Assembly: GCA_905178155.1 (NCBI GenBank)
Contig: CAJINV010000001.1
Location: forward strand, 13,363,713 to 13,427,712
Length of the DNA stretch: 64,000 nucleotides
Direction of reading: 5' to 3'
DNA from: Amoebophrya sp. A120
Lineage: Eukaryota; Protista; Dinoflagellata
Made by a program: the position numbers and the translations under genes. Positions 49,601 through 61,800 of this stretch are shown here, in pieces (within the stretch, counting starts at the first letter, position 1; each line of letters starts with the position of its first letter). The notes under the pieces are model-generated. The model worked only from the letters and a program-made list of their open reading frames with translations. It was not told where the DNA came from and ran no database searches.

Positions 49601-52079
49601 TTTTTGCTTTCTTCAAAGTTATGGTTAGCCACACTGAAACACGAATTCTATACTAATATGTATATTCTGTTTTAATAGCACGCACACAACATGTCCCGAG
49701 CGGTCACGCGGTGAGCCAGCGCATCACGATCGTCTTTTAGTTGCTTTAGGTAGCATCGTAGTTGTTCCTAACCGCCTCTTGCTGTTGCTGGTGGCGAAAA
49801 TGCTTGCGGCCGGCAATGTCTCGCGAAAAATGATCGTCCGTAAGCGCAATCTAAAAAAATGGCTTCTCGAAACTATGCCGCACAACCACCCTCGGCCTGG
49901 GGTATACCACCTTGCAAGATCTAGATCTCCCTTGGATTTTATGTTGCCCCTCTGAAAGAACAGACATCAACTCCATTCATGTGTGTCGTACGTAAATCTT
50001 TAAATCACGACAGTGGACTCGTGCACATTTTTTCACATACGATTCATTCACGTACCTCCAAAAGTACCGCAGAGTGCCTTTCCTTTATTCACGTAAGTTA
50101 GTACTGCAGAGAAACCCAAGGAGTCTCCTCCTACTTGACCACTTTTTTCTGCCGTGTCACATGATGAAACCATATAAATGTTCATTTTCACGTCTGCAAG
50201 CCGCGGCCCGACAAACATGTTTGCTATTAAGTGATTTTTGCTTTCGGTCATCGAAAAATTAAAGTACTAATCTGAGAAGTAAGCGCAGCATTCAACATGG
50301 GACATTCCTTCTCCGGCCGGAAAAAAGGCTTTGCTCCGACGAAGTTCCAGAAATCTTCAAATACGTCCAGTATCTATGGATCTACCCCCGAGAACCGGCG
50401 CTGCCTTCCCCTTCGCTCCGCCTCTACTTTCCAGAGGCTGTTAAATCGTAGGAGCCCTTCCATTTTGGTAATTCGGACTCGTCACTGCTACTGGAAGATG
50501 AAGATTCTGAGACGATTGACGATTGCGAAGCTGCTCGAGCTGATGGGGGCGGCGACGCGGGCGAAGTTGCGGAGCTCGACGAAGGTGTCGCGAAGCCGAA
50601 GCTGGCAGCTGCGGACATCGGCGACCCTGTCGTGGAGCTGGCACCTGGGTCTTCGGGTTTATCGATGAGTTTATAGCGACCGAACCCGATCGACGGTCTT
50701 GCATCGTTCCGATTTTCGTTGACGTACAGCATTAGTGCCTCTTTAGCCGCGGCGTGGGAGACTTCGAACTTTGGAAACGGCCGCTATCGAAAGAAAAAAC
50801 TGTTTCACTGTAGCGATCTTGCAAAGTCGCAAACTTTTTTCGGTGTCAGCCTCGATCTTTTTTTCAAAGCAGCTAAGAGCTGAAGTTTTGATATTCTCAC
50901 CCAATGGATGCTATTCATGCTGCTAGCTAACGGCTGCTTCAGTTAAGATCTTAAGTTAGCTAGTTAGGGTGGCAGGATGCATGTTGAAAACGGAAACCGG
51001 AAGCAGCGAAGCTTGAATGGTCACGCAGCACGCTCTAGGGCGTCATCACGCAGGTTCTCCTTCGCGCCTCTTAGCCGTGCCTGTTGTATCAAGATCTCCT
51101 CCCCCCCCTTCGCTTAACTATGTATCTGGAGCAACCGTAGCTAGCTTTTGAGATTAGATGGCACGACATCTTCAAACAAAAGACATGCCAGATTTCCGGG
51201 TCGCGATCGAGTTGAAAAAAATTCAGCTCGATGCCAACTGAAATTCAGCGACTTTCCAAGATCGTTACGGTGAAAAAGTTTCTTCTTACGATAGCCGTCC
51301 ACCGTCGTCTAGTACACTTTGTGGGTTGGCTCCGGTCATTCGTAGAAAATTCGCGAGCGGCATGAGCCGATGATCACCTGCCACGCATGCCTAATTAAAC
51401 AGACCTACCCCTACGAGGAAACCCAAGCACCATCTACCTCTGCCCTTCAGCCTGGCGTTGGATTTGGGTATGGTGTGACTCCCTTCACCAAGTATGGAGG
51501 CCGCGCCCGGAGGGCGATATTGGTAGCCAAGTAAGCTGCGAGCCGCCGCCGGCTCCACCACTTCCCCGGGGCCCTCCGTAGAGGGCCGCGGGCAACTACG
51601 GTCGCCCGCACGCTCCTGCGATGCGCATTGAACACGAAACCCTGGCCCGGATATTTCGTAGCGGGGCATCGTTAGTTACCTTTCTAGCCCCCCCCACGCG
51701 GTAGGGGCGGTTATTTCAAGGCCACCGCGCCATCGCGCAAAACATTACGCACGACGCGGGGGCAGGGGGCGAAGAGCCCGGGCCTGCGCAACTTTTGCAA
51801 ATTTTCCAAAAACTCGCGGTGCCTGCCGAGCCAGCACAGCCGCCCACTTCGGGCGCGGGTGAGTGGCAACAACCCACGGCACACTCATTGGGCCTTTGTT
51901 ACATGCCCCCACTCGCTTCTAACGCGTCTCTTTTTTTGTTGGCAATCGCGAGGGTATGACGCGTGCGCGCGCCCCGCCTCCGGGGCGCCCTTGCCGGGCA
52001 GCCAGTTTCTTGGCCTGGCGATGGGTTTGAGCTTTCGCGCGCTTCCGGGCTTTTTCCCAGTTCCCAACTGGCCCAGGCG

Positions 52080-52360
52080 CTCTGGGCATTTTCGCCGGCC
52101 GCCCGCATCTGCCCGGCAGCTTTGGGGCCTGCGGAAGGATTGCAACGTTCCGCCATTTTTCGACTTCTTTCATTTCTCCAGTGGCCCGGGCGATCTGGGC
52201 ACTTTCGCCGTCGCCCCCGGGTTGGCAGTTTTCAAGCCTGCGGAAGGATCTGCGCCATTTTTCATCTTTTTCGATTTCCTAAGCGGTCCCCGAATTTGGA
52301 AAAGTTTCGCCGTTTGCTTCCACCAAGGCGCAACATTTTTCATTTTTTTCGCTAATTTTT
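52080..52360. repeat. Degenerate ~100-113 bp tandem repeat (about 3 copies)
   Basis: tctgggca(t/c)tttcgccg at ~52081 and ~52194; gcctgcggaaggat at ~52127 and ~52236; third decayed copy at ~52295. Confidence 0.55.
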
Positions 52361-52616
52361 GCAATCATCAAGCAGCCCAGGGCTTCCGAACAGGTCGCGG
52401 CCCTGCTGCCCAAACGCACCCCTTCCTCGGGGGAGATTGTCCATCCAAGGGCCCCCCAGAGGCCTCTGTCCTGCTCGGAGCGGGCTCGCCCTTCTTCGCC
52501 TCCCCAAAGTTCAAGCTTCCAAACTATCGCCACAGGTATCTCGACTGGGCTAATAAGTGGCATTTCAGCTAAATACTTCGTCCACAAGCTCGTCAACTGC
52601 TGCATCGTTCCCCGTT

Positions 52617-53213
52617 CTAAACTTGAAGGCTGAAAGGCTCCAACAGCTTGGGTTCCTTCGCCTTCGGCGTGGGCCGCAAAAAAGGCTGCTGAGATACTGC
52701 GCTCGCGGCGACAAAATAGTGCCTCAGCTCATCCTTGTCGGCATGCTTCTTGCTAACAAACACAGGTGCCGGCCTGTCTTCCATGACCTCGACCAGCTCC
52801 TTCATCAATGCAGCAGCGTCTCGCTCCAAGACAGGGCCCGGCTTGCTAGTGTCGGCTTCGCCCTGTTTAAGCATGTCGCGGATGAGCCGCGTCACCTTCT
52901 TCCTGGGTCCATTGCTTTGATCAACTACAACACCCAGATACGCCAGCCGCAACTCCTGCACCCAATTCGATTCGATGTCCGCAGCTATGGCCAGGTCCCA
53001 CCCGGTGCCTTTGCAAGTCTCATGCACTGGCGCGGCCGCAAGCAGTGCGGCTGTGGCAAGGACGCGAAAGGAAGTGCCCCCATGAACAATTAACTTCGGA
53101 AGGCTCAGAATTATCGCAACACTTTCGGGGCCGCCGAACTCGCGGTAAGATGGTGCCTTAGCAAAAAGAACCTGAGCCACACAAATGCGCTCAACATATC
53201 GGCAAATAGCCAT
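52617..53213 (-). CDS. Hypothetical ORF or decayed gene fragment in the mobile-like region
   Basis: 198-aa ORF with protein-like composition; flanking frames are broken by stops; no recognised motif. Confidence 0.3.
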   Translation of the reverse strand: MAICRYVERICVAQVLFAKAPSYREFGGPESVAIILSLPKLIVHGGTSFRVLATAALLAAAPVHETCKGTGWDLAIAADIESNWVQELRLAYLGVVVDQSNGPRKKVTRLIRDMLKQGEADTSKPGPVLERDAAALMKELVEVMEDRPAPVFVSKKHADKDELRHYFVAASAVSQQPFLRPTPKAKEPKLLEPFSLQV

Positions 53214-56200
53214 GGCGCCCGGGGGTCGCCGCGTGAATAAACCAACGCTCCCTCTGGACCGAAAAAAAGCGGGAGCACAAAAATACTCCGAGCTAGCGAG
53301 GCCCCCCGATTGGCATGGAGCCTAGCTCCTAGCGTATCAAACTCCGCCACCTTAGACTTGCAGTGACCAAGAACATCGCACGCCCTTGCACCAGCTGGTG
53401 CAGCGAGCAGACCCACATCATTGGCCCCCACTATCTCGGACTGTGGCTGAAGGCCAACACCAACCACGCAGCCGGCGTGCAAACTCACAAGGAGCAAAAA
53501 CAAACCAACGAGGAGACGCACGACGGGGCGCCCGTCAGCGAGACAGACACTCGCGTTCGTCGTGTCGAAAAACACACAACACCCAAAATACGAGCTGAAT
53601 CCACCACGATGGGTACTATTCGACGCACCGCTAGCCTACGGCAATCTACCACAAACATCGGCGACATAGCAGAGCCTGACACCTAGCACTTAGAATAGAT
53701 GAAGTACAGAACGCTAAAGGTCCGCCCCTTGCGAAATCTTCTCTACCTGTCAGCTGGCCTGCTGCAGCCCCCACCTGACTACCTCGCGACTTCCCCAAAA
53801 TCCTTCGAGCAGCCAAACCCCTTCCGAGGAAGCTCCGTGATACATACCTCGCAATCTGAAGCTCGAACGTGCCGTCCTAGAAAATACCGGAGTGAAGCAC
53901 GCAAACTGACCAAAAAGCGCCCAAAGGGCGCAAGGTAATAGGCTACACGATGCTAAGAAAACTTTCCAACAACACGGGAACAACACATATGCAGAACATG
54001 CTATCGTCAGGGGCCAGAGAGATAATACCACACGGGCCAGAGAATGGGCGCCCGAAGAAGACAAACGACACATAGATACACACCACCGCCGACGAACAGC
54101 CGCGAAGGCAATAGCAATACCCTGACCGAACATACCCCATCCGGGAGTGAAAGTTGCGGGCGCGGCGCCTGTCCTCAATCGCTGGCATTAGTGGGCCCAC
54201 TCCAAGATCTTGACGCGGCCCGGAGGGCCAGGGGCTGGGAGAGTGTGGAAAATCTGCGGAGGCAGAATTCTCTATCAATCTAAAGCTGCGCCCTTGATTG
54301 AAGGACGCTGCGCCCGTTTCCAGCCTGCCAGCCTTTATGCCTGCAAGCTTTTTGGCTTAACGGATTCGAGCCGCCAGCGCCACACCTGCAGACCCGGGCA
54401 AAGTACAGCCCAGGGCAGATTGACCAAGAAGCACCGTGTGCATGTACTGTAACACTACTTCCGGCAAACTGAAACGATCCCCTCCCTGGTATCTCCGAAA
54501 GGTCGTCTGCCAGGAAGAATACCGCAAAGAAAAAGTGAACCCGCGCAACCTCTCCAGGCGGGTAGAAGGATCACAATGCACATTCTTCAAGTTCAATGTC
54601 GCTAGAGGCCAGAGCAGAGCGCGTTTATATGTAGAAAGCAAATAGGGGAAAACAGGCTAGCCAGAAAAAAAAAACGACCCTCAACACCAGACAGAAACTG
54701 CAACGCGGACTCTCCTTCCAGGGCGGGCAGCCTGACGAATACGAAGATGGATCCACGCAAACGTTTGCTCTAGCTCCCACTCCGTGGTCCGATGCGAGCC
54801 CGCTCCTGTCGATTGGGGGTTTGAGTAGGAGGCTTCGCCTTTCCCTTTCCACCACTATAGCCCCCACAACAAAAAGCCCCAGTCCGCGTAGTCGGGAACG
54901 AAGAAATTGAAAAAAACAATACCACGTCGCCCACAATGAGCATCCGGTCCGGGCAGTCCATTAGAGTGACAATGGCAGAAACGCCGCGCTGTCCCGCGTT
55001 CCTCTTTGTGGCTCTGTTGCTGCCTGGTTCTGCCCTTCCCTCCCGCCTCTGTGACCCTGCCGATTCTGGTAGGGATTCCGCCTCCCCCACCCTTCCGATT
55101 TTGCACTTCGGAAACTTTCGAAATGTCCCCACCTCAGCCAGCTGTTTCCCATTATTTGAAAACCTTCCACAATTTGTTCTATCTATCATCTTGTATATGC
55201 AGCGCAGTCCCCAAAAACTAGCGACCGCTCAGCCACTCAAGTGTGGCAAGAGACGAAGACGAGCTACGAAGTGGGCCCCGGCAATATTCTTCAACTTGGG
55301 GTCTTGGCCGGCAAAATAACTCAGCGCGTCGCGCTGGTCGCGATCTTCGGTATCTTTGGCTGGGAACCTGTCGCTGGTTAGTTGTATCAAGCGGCAAACA
55401 TTTGTCCAGTAGTTTCCTTGTTTCTTTTTACAACATTAATCCATCGCCAGGCGTAAAATGTATGACCTCCCGAGTCGAGCAACACTAAACGCAGAACGCC
55501 AAACCGAAAACCAGAGTAACTCTAGTTGCGCGCCACGTACTGTTCGGGCCCACTACTTGAGAAGCCAGAATGAAAGACACAGGAAGCGCGGCTGCGGCCG
55601 GGCGCCATGCCTCGTTCCCCAAATCCCGCAGCGCAAAGCGCGGCCCGCCGGCCGGGCGCCAGGTCGCGACCAGTCGGGTTCGATTGTCGCAGCCCCTATC
55701 CCGCTCGCGCGCCGGGTACTGGCGTAGTGATTCTCCAATCTCGGTCGACTGGATTTGGATTCGTTCCCAAATCTTGCGGTCGCACTTTCGCAAACCCCAA
55801 CCCCCCCCGGCCGAAAAAGCGGCTAGCGGCCCGCTCCGCAGTTTTACGGCTGTGACTTGTTCGGCGACCAAGCCGCGGCGCGCCGAGTCCGGGTTAGAAA
55901 ACACGAACGCAACATTACATTTAGATTCCAAATCTCCGCCGGGCCCGGATTCCGAAAGAACACGTCGGACTTTAAGTCCCAGCCCGCTGTGCGACCGCTC
56001 CCGGGGCCCTCGCCTGCGCCGGCTCTCGCCGGCTTCCTCGGTTTTGCGCTCCTGGCTCCGCCCGGGAGCGGGACGCCGCGGCCTCCGGCAAATAACGGGG
56101 CGAGCGAGGCCGCGCCATGGGTAGCCGGCCCGCCGCGTCGCATCGCCGTAGCAGCCTGCTACCCCACCGGGCCGGTCGGGTCCTGCATTCAAGGCCTTAG

Positions 56201-57007
56201 CAGCATCGCGGGGCGTATCGCGGGCGGCGGGCGTGAATCAGAAGGTCACGCGCGCGCCAAGTGCGAACCCCGCCGCCCCTTCTGCCAGTTCAGTATCTTA
56301 CAGCGGGTGCGTGACAGTGGCCGCCATGGCTCGACAGGGTTCGCCTTCTCCGATCTCTCTAGCGCCGCGTCTTCGTAGCCTACAGGGTCGGGGCCTGAAC
56401 GGCCGACGTTTCGCGATTTTTCTACTCCCCATAACATGCACATTCCTGCATCTCTTTTTTCGAGGTCCTGTGGCGACACCAGATGCCTACCTGTATATCC
56501 AGCTGGGGCACTTGTGGTCATCGGGGCGGCAATCGGCGTCCCGACCATCATTTTATTTGAACACGCCAAAGCAAGCGGTCCCAACTCACATGTCCCAGGC
56601 ATAGTTGTTCCCGCAGGCTACCTAGCTACCCCGGGTGACCTACCACATAAATCAGTAGCAACACAACTCTTCACGAACTTCTTCGCATGTTCGAACAGAC
56701 GTTCAATAGCACCTACATCTACGCAATGAATTGGTCCTGCCCGTACATCATAGCGCTAGCGGTGGAGTTCTTTCATTTACGCGCGAGCGCTAGCGGTAGA
56801 GTCCGTATTTTCGTGCTTTCCCGCACTGCCGAAAGACGGGGGCACTCATTACATTTCAGAAGATCCTGTTTCTAGATTGCAGGATGTTTTCAGCTTGACA
56901 CAAATTTCGAATATCGTGCTGCCCATGGACGTTGGGCTTGTGTCGGCTTTAATTTCGATCGCCAGTATCGAATTGAGAACGATGGCGCACATGTCACACG
57001 CCACAGG

Positions 57008-57655
57008 TCAATCGCAAGCATCTGTGCCAACAAAAGATGTGTCATGCCTGGCCCCTAATGTGTGCCGCGTGACACCTGCACCACCAGCCCCACGCGTATC
57101 TCCTGCCGGCGAAGACGACGGCTCTGCTTCCGCAGATACTGGTCTAGAGATAGATAGAAGAGATTCATCATCTTCGTCTTTCTTCGGCGATACTCCGGCT
57201 CTTCCCCTGCCACCGGACTGCCTCCTTGGTTTGGCGACACTACGCGCGGGCGCGGATGCAGACTGCTGAGATGAAGAACGCGCCCGTCTTCCAGCATGGG
57301 AATCTTGATCTTCCGTTTGCGACACAGGAGGACGGCTAGCCGCAACTACCGGATCAGTTGCAGATACTGGTGCGGGCTTTGCACGCTTTTCTTCGTACCT
57401 ATCGGATTCATCCGAGGTATCCGGCAGTGCGAGAGCAGCCTCATGAAGTTCGTCCTGTTTTGCAGCCTCGAATGAAAGAAAAGCTTCATCGTCCGCAATC
57501 TGTGCCGCGCGGCTTCTTGCCGCGACTCCTCCTGAGCCGGCGTGATTTGCTTGATCATTATTACCCTCTGCAACCCCACTGATGTCACCGGCAGCACTGG
57601 AGAGCAACTCAACATCCTTTTGTGGCACAGAACCACCACTGGTCTGATCCATCAC
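57008..57655 (-). CDS. Hypothetical low-complexity ORF downstream of the KDZ element gene
   Basis: 215-aa acidic/Ser-rich ORF preceded by an acceptor-like TACTAAACAG; no motif. Confidence 0.35.
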   Translation of the reverse strand: MMDQTSGGSVPQKDVELLSSAAGDISGVAEGNNDQANHAGSGGVAARSRAAQIADDEAFLSFEAAKQDELHEAALALPDTSDESDRYEEKRAKPAPVSATDPVVAASRPPVSQTEDQDSHAGRRARSSSQQSASAPARSVAKPRRQSGGRGRAGVSPKKDEDDESLLSISRPVSAEAEPSSSPAGDTRGAGGAGVTRHTLGARHDTSFVGTDACD

Positions 57656-57902
57656 GCCCTGTTTAGTAATATTTCTAGAGAGTGACCCGGCCGGTGGGGT
57701 TGGTCATAGCATGCGGGAAAAAGTGAAAATTTGCGACTTTTGTTCTAAGACGACCTGACTCAACTTGAAAAGTTGACTTTTTTTTTGAAAAGCAAAAGAG
57801 CAGAAAAAAAAGAAACAGCCCGAGAAAATCGCTGGAAGTTGTGCAGGACCTACCGCGCGCGCGCGCGCGTTTTACCGGATTCGGCTTGGCTTTTTTTGCA
57901 AG

Positions 57903-58145
57903 TTTTCCCGGATTTGCCAAATTCATCAGCTTCACCAGCTTCGCCAACTTTCTCGGATTTGCGAAATTTGGCAAATTCATCAGCTTCACCAGCTTCACCA
58001 GCTTCGCCAGCTTCGTCAACTTTCTCGGATTTGCGAAATTTGGCAAATTCATCAGCTTCACCAGCTTCGCCAGTTTTCTCGGATTTCCGAAATTTAGCAA
58101 ATTCATCAGCTTCACCAGCTTCACCAGCTTCGCCGACTTCGGAAA
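57903..58145. repeat. Minisatellite of 27 phased 9-mers in higher-order units of 45/72/54/72 bp, flanked by (CG)7-8TTTTAC(C/A)GGATTC direct repeats
   Basis: 9-mers such as attcatcag, cttcaccag, cttcgccag, ctttctcgg and atttgcgaa are in perfect register. Flanking repeats at 57854-57882 and 58173-58199. Confidence 0.9.
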
Positions 58146-58874
58146 TGACCGGGGCCCGTGTGTTTTGTTTGACGCGCGCGCGCGCGTTTTACAGGATTCT
58201 ACCTCTGCCGCCTGTAGGTGGCATGTTTCTGCTTCGTGTTGTGTCTGCTAGACAAGAAACACAAGACGCGAACGAAGAAACAGCGGGCAAGGAAACAGCG
58301 GGCAAGCAGACAGGGCCGAGACAAACCAACGACAGACCGAGGGCGATCCTACCTCTGGAGCGAACGGCAGACCGAGGCTGGTCAGTCTTCTGTAGCGAGC
58401 GGCAGACCGAGGCGGACCCTCTGAAGCGAGCGACAGACTGTGACGGGTTCCATGTATGCTTATATGTATGCTGGTCAGGCAAGGGGGCGCCACCGGCCGA
58501 CCCAGCGACTTGGTACAGAACACAAAACAAAAAGCGAAGGCGCTGAGGCAGTCGGGCCCGCGTCCCACGCGCTTGGGGGCGCCGGTGCGCAACGAGGCGC
58601 CCCAGCCTCTTACTCTTGCGCGTGCTCTACAAAGGGTCTACCTGCTTAGCGCGAGTCGCTCATCGCCGCGGGAGTCAGGTCTCATTATCCTCGGTTGCCA
58701 AAGTTCGGAGGCCTTCAGGCATAGCACACAGGACCACCTGCATGGCGTAGATACGTCCACGCCACAAGTGTCCACCTGTGTAAGTATTCAGAAAAGAAGC
58801 GCAGGCGCGGAAGCAGGAGAGCCCGCTTGCCACTGTTGCACATAGCTCACTCACAGGCCTGCATAGCAGAGAGC

Positions 58875-61800
58875 TCATTTCTTCCCAACCGGGCGGAAAA
58901 GCCCCTGGCGGTCCTTCGTTTTGAGCCCGTTGAACCTCCGCACCAGGGACCGCAGCACGAAGTTGAAACTCTTCCCCTTCATGTTCGTCAGGGATTTGCG
59001 GTAGCCGCTTAGCCAGCTGTTCGTCTGCTCCGCCACTGACGTGTTGCGGATGCCCTTCTCCGTACACCACCGCTTGTTCACCCCCTTGATTTTGTACTTG
59101 TCGCCGCACTTGTGGTTTCGGGCGTGCCATTTGTCGATCAGGAATTTGACGGAGGGGACTTTCCCGGGGTGGTGTTTCTCGATGAACGGCGCCAGATGGC
59201 AGGCGTCGTCATGGAGCACGGTCCTCAGCTGCGCGCCATGCTTTCCCACATGGGAAACCACCCAGGCTGCCTTCTGCTGTGTCGTTTCGGCTGCCAGTAG
59301 CTCCTCCACGGCGACAATGGCGCCCGTCTTTTCGTTCGATACCACGAGGAGCCCGCCCGTCCGGTTCTTGAACGTCTTGGGCTTGGTCTTGTCTTTTTTG
59401 GCGCACGTGTGCGGAACGGCTGCCGGTTTTGCTGCCGGCTTTTTGTTTGGCGAGCCTGTGTGGTCAGTCAGTGTGGTGCTAGGTTTCAATAAAACGGAAC
59501 ACACAAAACCCAAAGAAATTAAACTTGCGCGGCCAAACAGCTAAAATAAAAAGCGCAAGGCTCTGCAAACCTTTCGGGCGCCCGCGCGGGCGCGCGGCCG
59601 CGGAATACGGGCAGGCTTCCCCGGCTTCCTTGACGCGGTTCACTTTTTGATTGCCATCGATGGCAGCCGTTTCCATCTGCGCCAGCTCGTCCTCCGCACC
59701 GATGGGGGTGGTCTTGATGTCATTGAGGGCGAAGGCGTTCAGCATGACAGGCATCGGCGCCACGACGAAGCCCGTCCAGCGCAGCGCGAGAAGCTCGTAG
59801 GCGCAATAGGCTGTCCAGAGGTACTCCGTGACGCGGTTGGTGGCAAGCTTGGTGCGGAGACCTGCGCACCAGGCTTCTGCCATTCCCGTAGTCCGGGACC
59901 GGAACACGCGGTCCCGAAAAAGTTCGACCTGGTCGACGGCAATCCCCAGGGTCGTCGTCAGGAAGAAGACCCCGCGCGCCTTCAGCTCGTCCACCGTTTT
60001 CCAGGTGTTCTCATGTTTCCCGTTGTTTACAACGTAGCCGCAGCGGTGCCATGCGCCGCACAACTTAGAGCAGCAGCGCTTCCCGACGTGGATGGCGTCG
60101 CACGTCGTCAGATTGGACTGGAGAACTTGCGCGGTGGTTCGGGCAGTGGCGCCGGTAAGTGCGCAGCCGCACTTAATGCAAACGGTGGCGAGGGGCCCAT
60201 ACTCCTGTGGGGGGGCGCCGCCATGCAGAAAGTTGATGAGTTCCTCGTCTTTCTGGCGCTGCGCTGCTGCCGCCGCATCCTCCGCACCGGGGGACATGCT
60301 TATGTCCTCCGCCTCGTCTGCGTTGGGGCCCTGCTCGTCCCGGGAACGAAGGCGGCCGGGAAGAGTGTAAGCACGGCCCGGAACGGCTGCGCCCCTCTTT
60401 TGTGTCTTTTTTCCGAATTCCTGCTCACAAGCCTCGCGGAAGAGGTTCGGGTTGGCCTCGAATGGCTTCAGGTCATACGCCACAAACCGATAGCGGTCGG
60501 AAGTGGCGACGAACTCTGCGAGCTTCGCGTACAAATCGGCCGGGCCGATTCGCGTGGCTTCGCCGAGTTTCACAGGGGCGCCAAACATCTCGACGGTGAC
60601 CGGGCTAACCCACTCCGCGGCCCAGTCCCCCACGATGTTCGGGAAGAATTCCGGGTGCCAACGTTGGCCGGCCTCCTTCGCGCCCTTCGCGTTCTCGGCT
60701 ACGTCCCGCGTGGCGTGGCGGTGCAGGAGGAAGAGCATAAACGAAGGCGCCAAGCGCTCGACCTCCTCGTCGATCGCTTGACTTGCCGGCCGGCTTCTTG
60801 GGGAGGTCTGCCGCTCTCCGGCCTGGAGGAACCGGATCGGGAAGTAGAACGTCTGGAAGCGAGTCTTGTCGGGCTGGGTGACTGGTTTCAAGAATCGCGG
60901 GGCAACGTTCCCAGTCCCAAACCATTGCCAGGTCGGATCGATTTCGCGCATTGCCGCGGACTTGATCTGCCGCGCTGGCAATGTGTCCGCGGACACATAA
61001 TTGCAGAAGCGAGTAATGTCCCAACACTGCGTATCCGAGACCTCATCCATCCACATGAGCCGCGCCCCGAGCGATGCGTAAAAGAATGCGCTGTGCTCAT
61101 CCACCCCGCGCTTGTCGGTGCAGAAGACTTGCGGCTTCACCTGTGTGAAATAGCGCCCGAAGGCCGCGCGCACGAGTTTCCGCAGCAAGCCCTTCCCCTG
61201 TCTTCCCCGGGGGCTGAAGAGGTAGTTGAACCGATGCAGGGGGGCTCCCGTAACTGATGCGGCAAGCGCGTCGAGGAGCAGCTCCATCGTCTCCCTGTCG
61301 GGGCCCTTGTCATAGCGGTGCGCTGCTTCTTGTTCATCTTTTTCAAAGAGGGAGGAGAAGAAGTCCTGCACGCCTTCAAAAGACGGCGCGCGCCCGGCTC
61401 TCTGCATTGCGTCCAAAGCCGTGGCCCAGTCTGGGTTGTCGATGAGCTGCTCCGGGATGTCAATCGGGGCAAAACGGCAGGCCATGTGGTCGGGCGTTAA
61501 TTTGGTGAAGACCCTGCCAGCAACATCGTAAACGCAATTGCGCAACGCAAACCACCGCGGATTCTGATCAAACCCCGCGCGAGATACGAAAGCCGCCTCG
61601 GATTTCTTCAGGAGCATCTCGACCTTGTTGCGCATAAGCTTGCCAAACTGCTTGAGGTATTGGGACTCGAGGCCTGCTACCTGCCGCACGTCCGACCACA
61701 GGCGCTGCACTAACGAGGAGGCCTCCGCCTCGCAACATTCATGCCAATGCTGCTGCCACATGTGCCACTTTTGGTCGACGAGGGTGAGACGGTGGCGGGC

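Noticed and set aside
57675-58546. Overlapping ORFs of repetitive peptides (KLVKLMN, SPASPAS, FTSFAS)
   Set aside because: Artefacts of a stop-free 9-mer minisatellite that is open in several frames.
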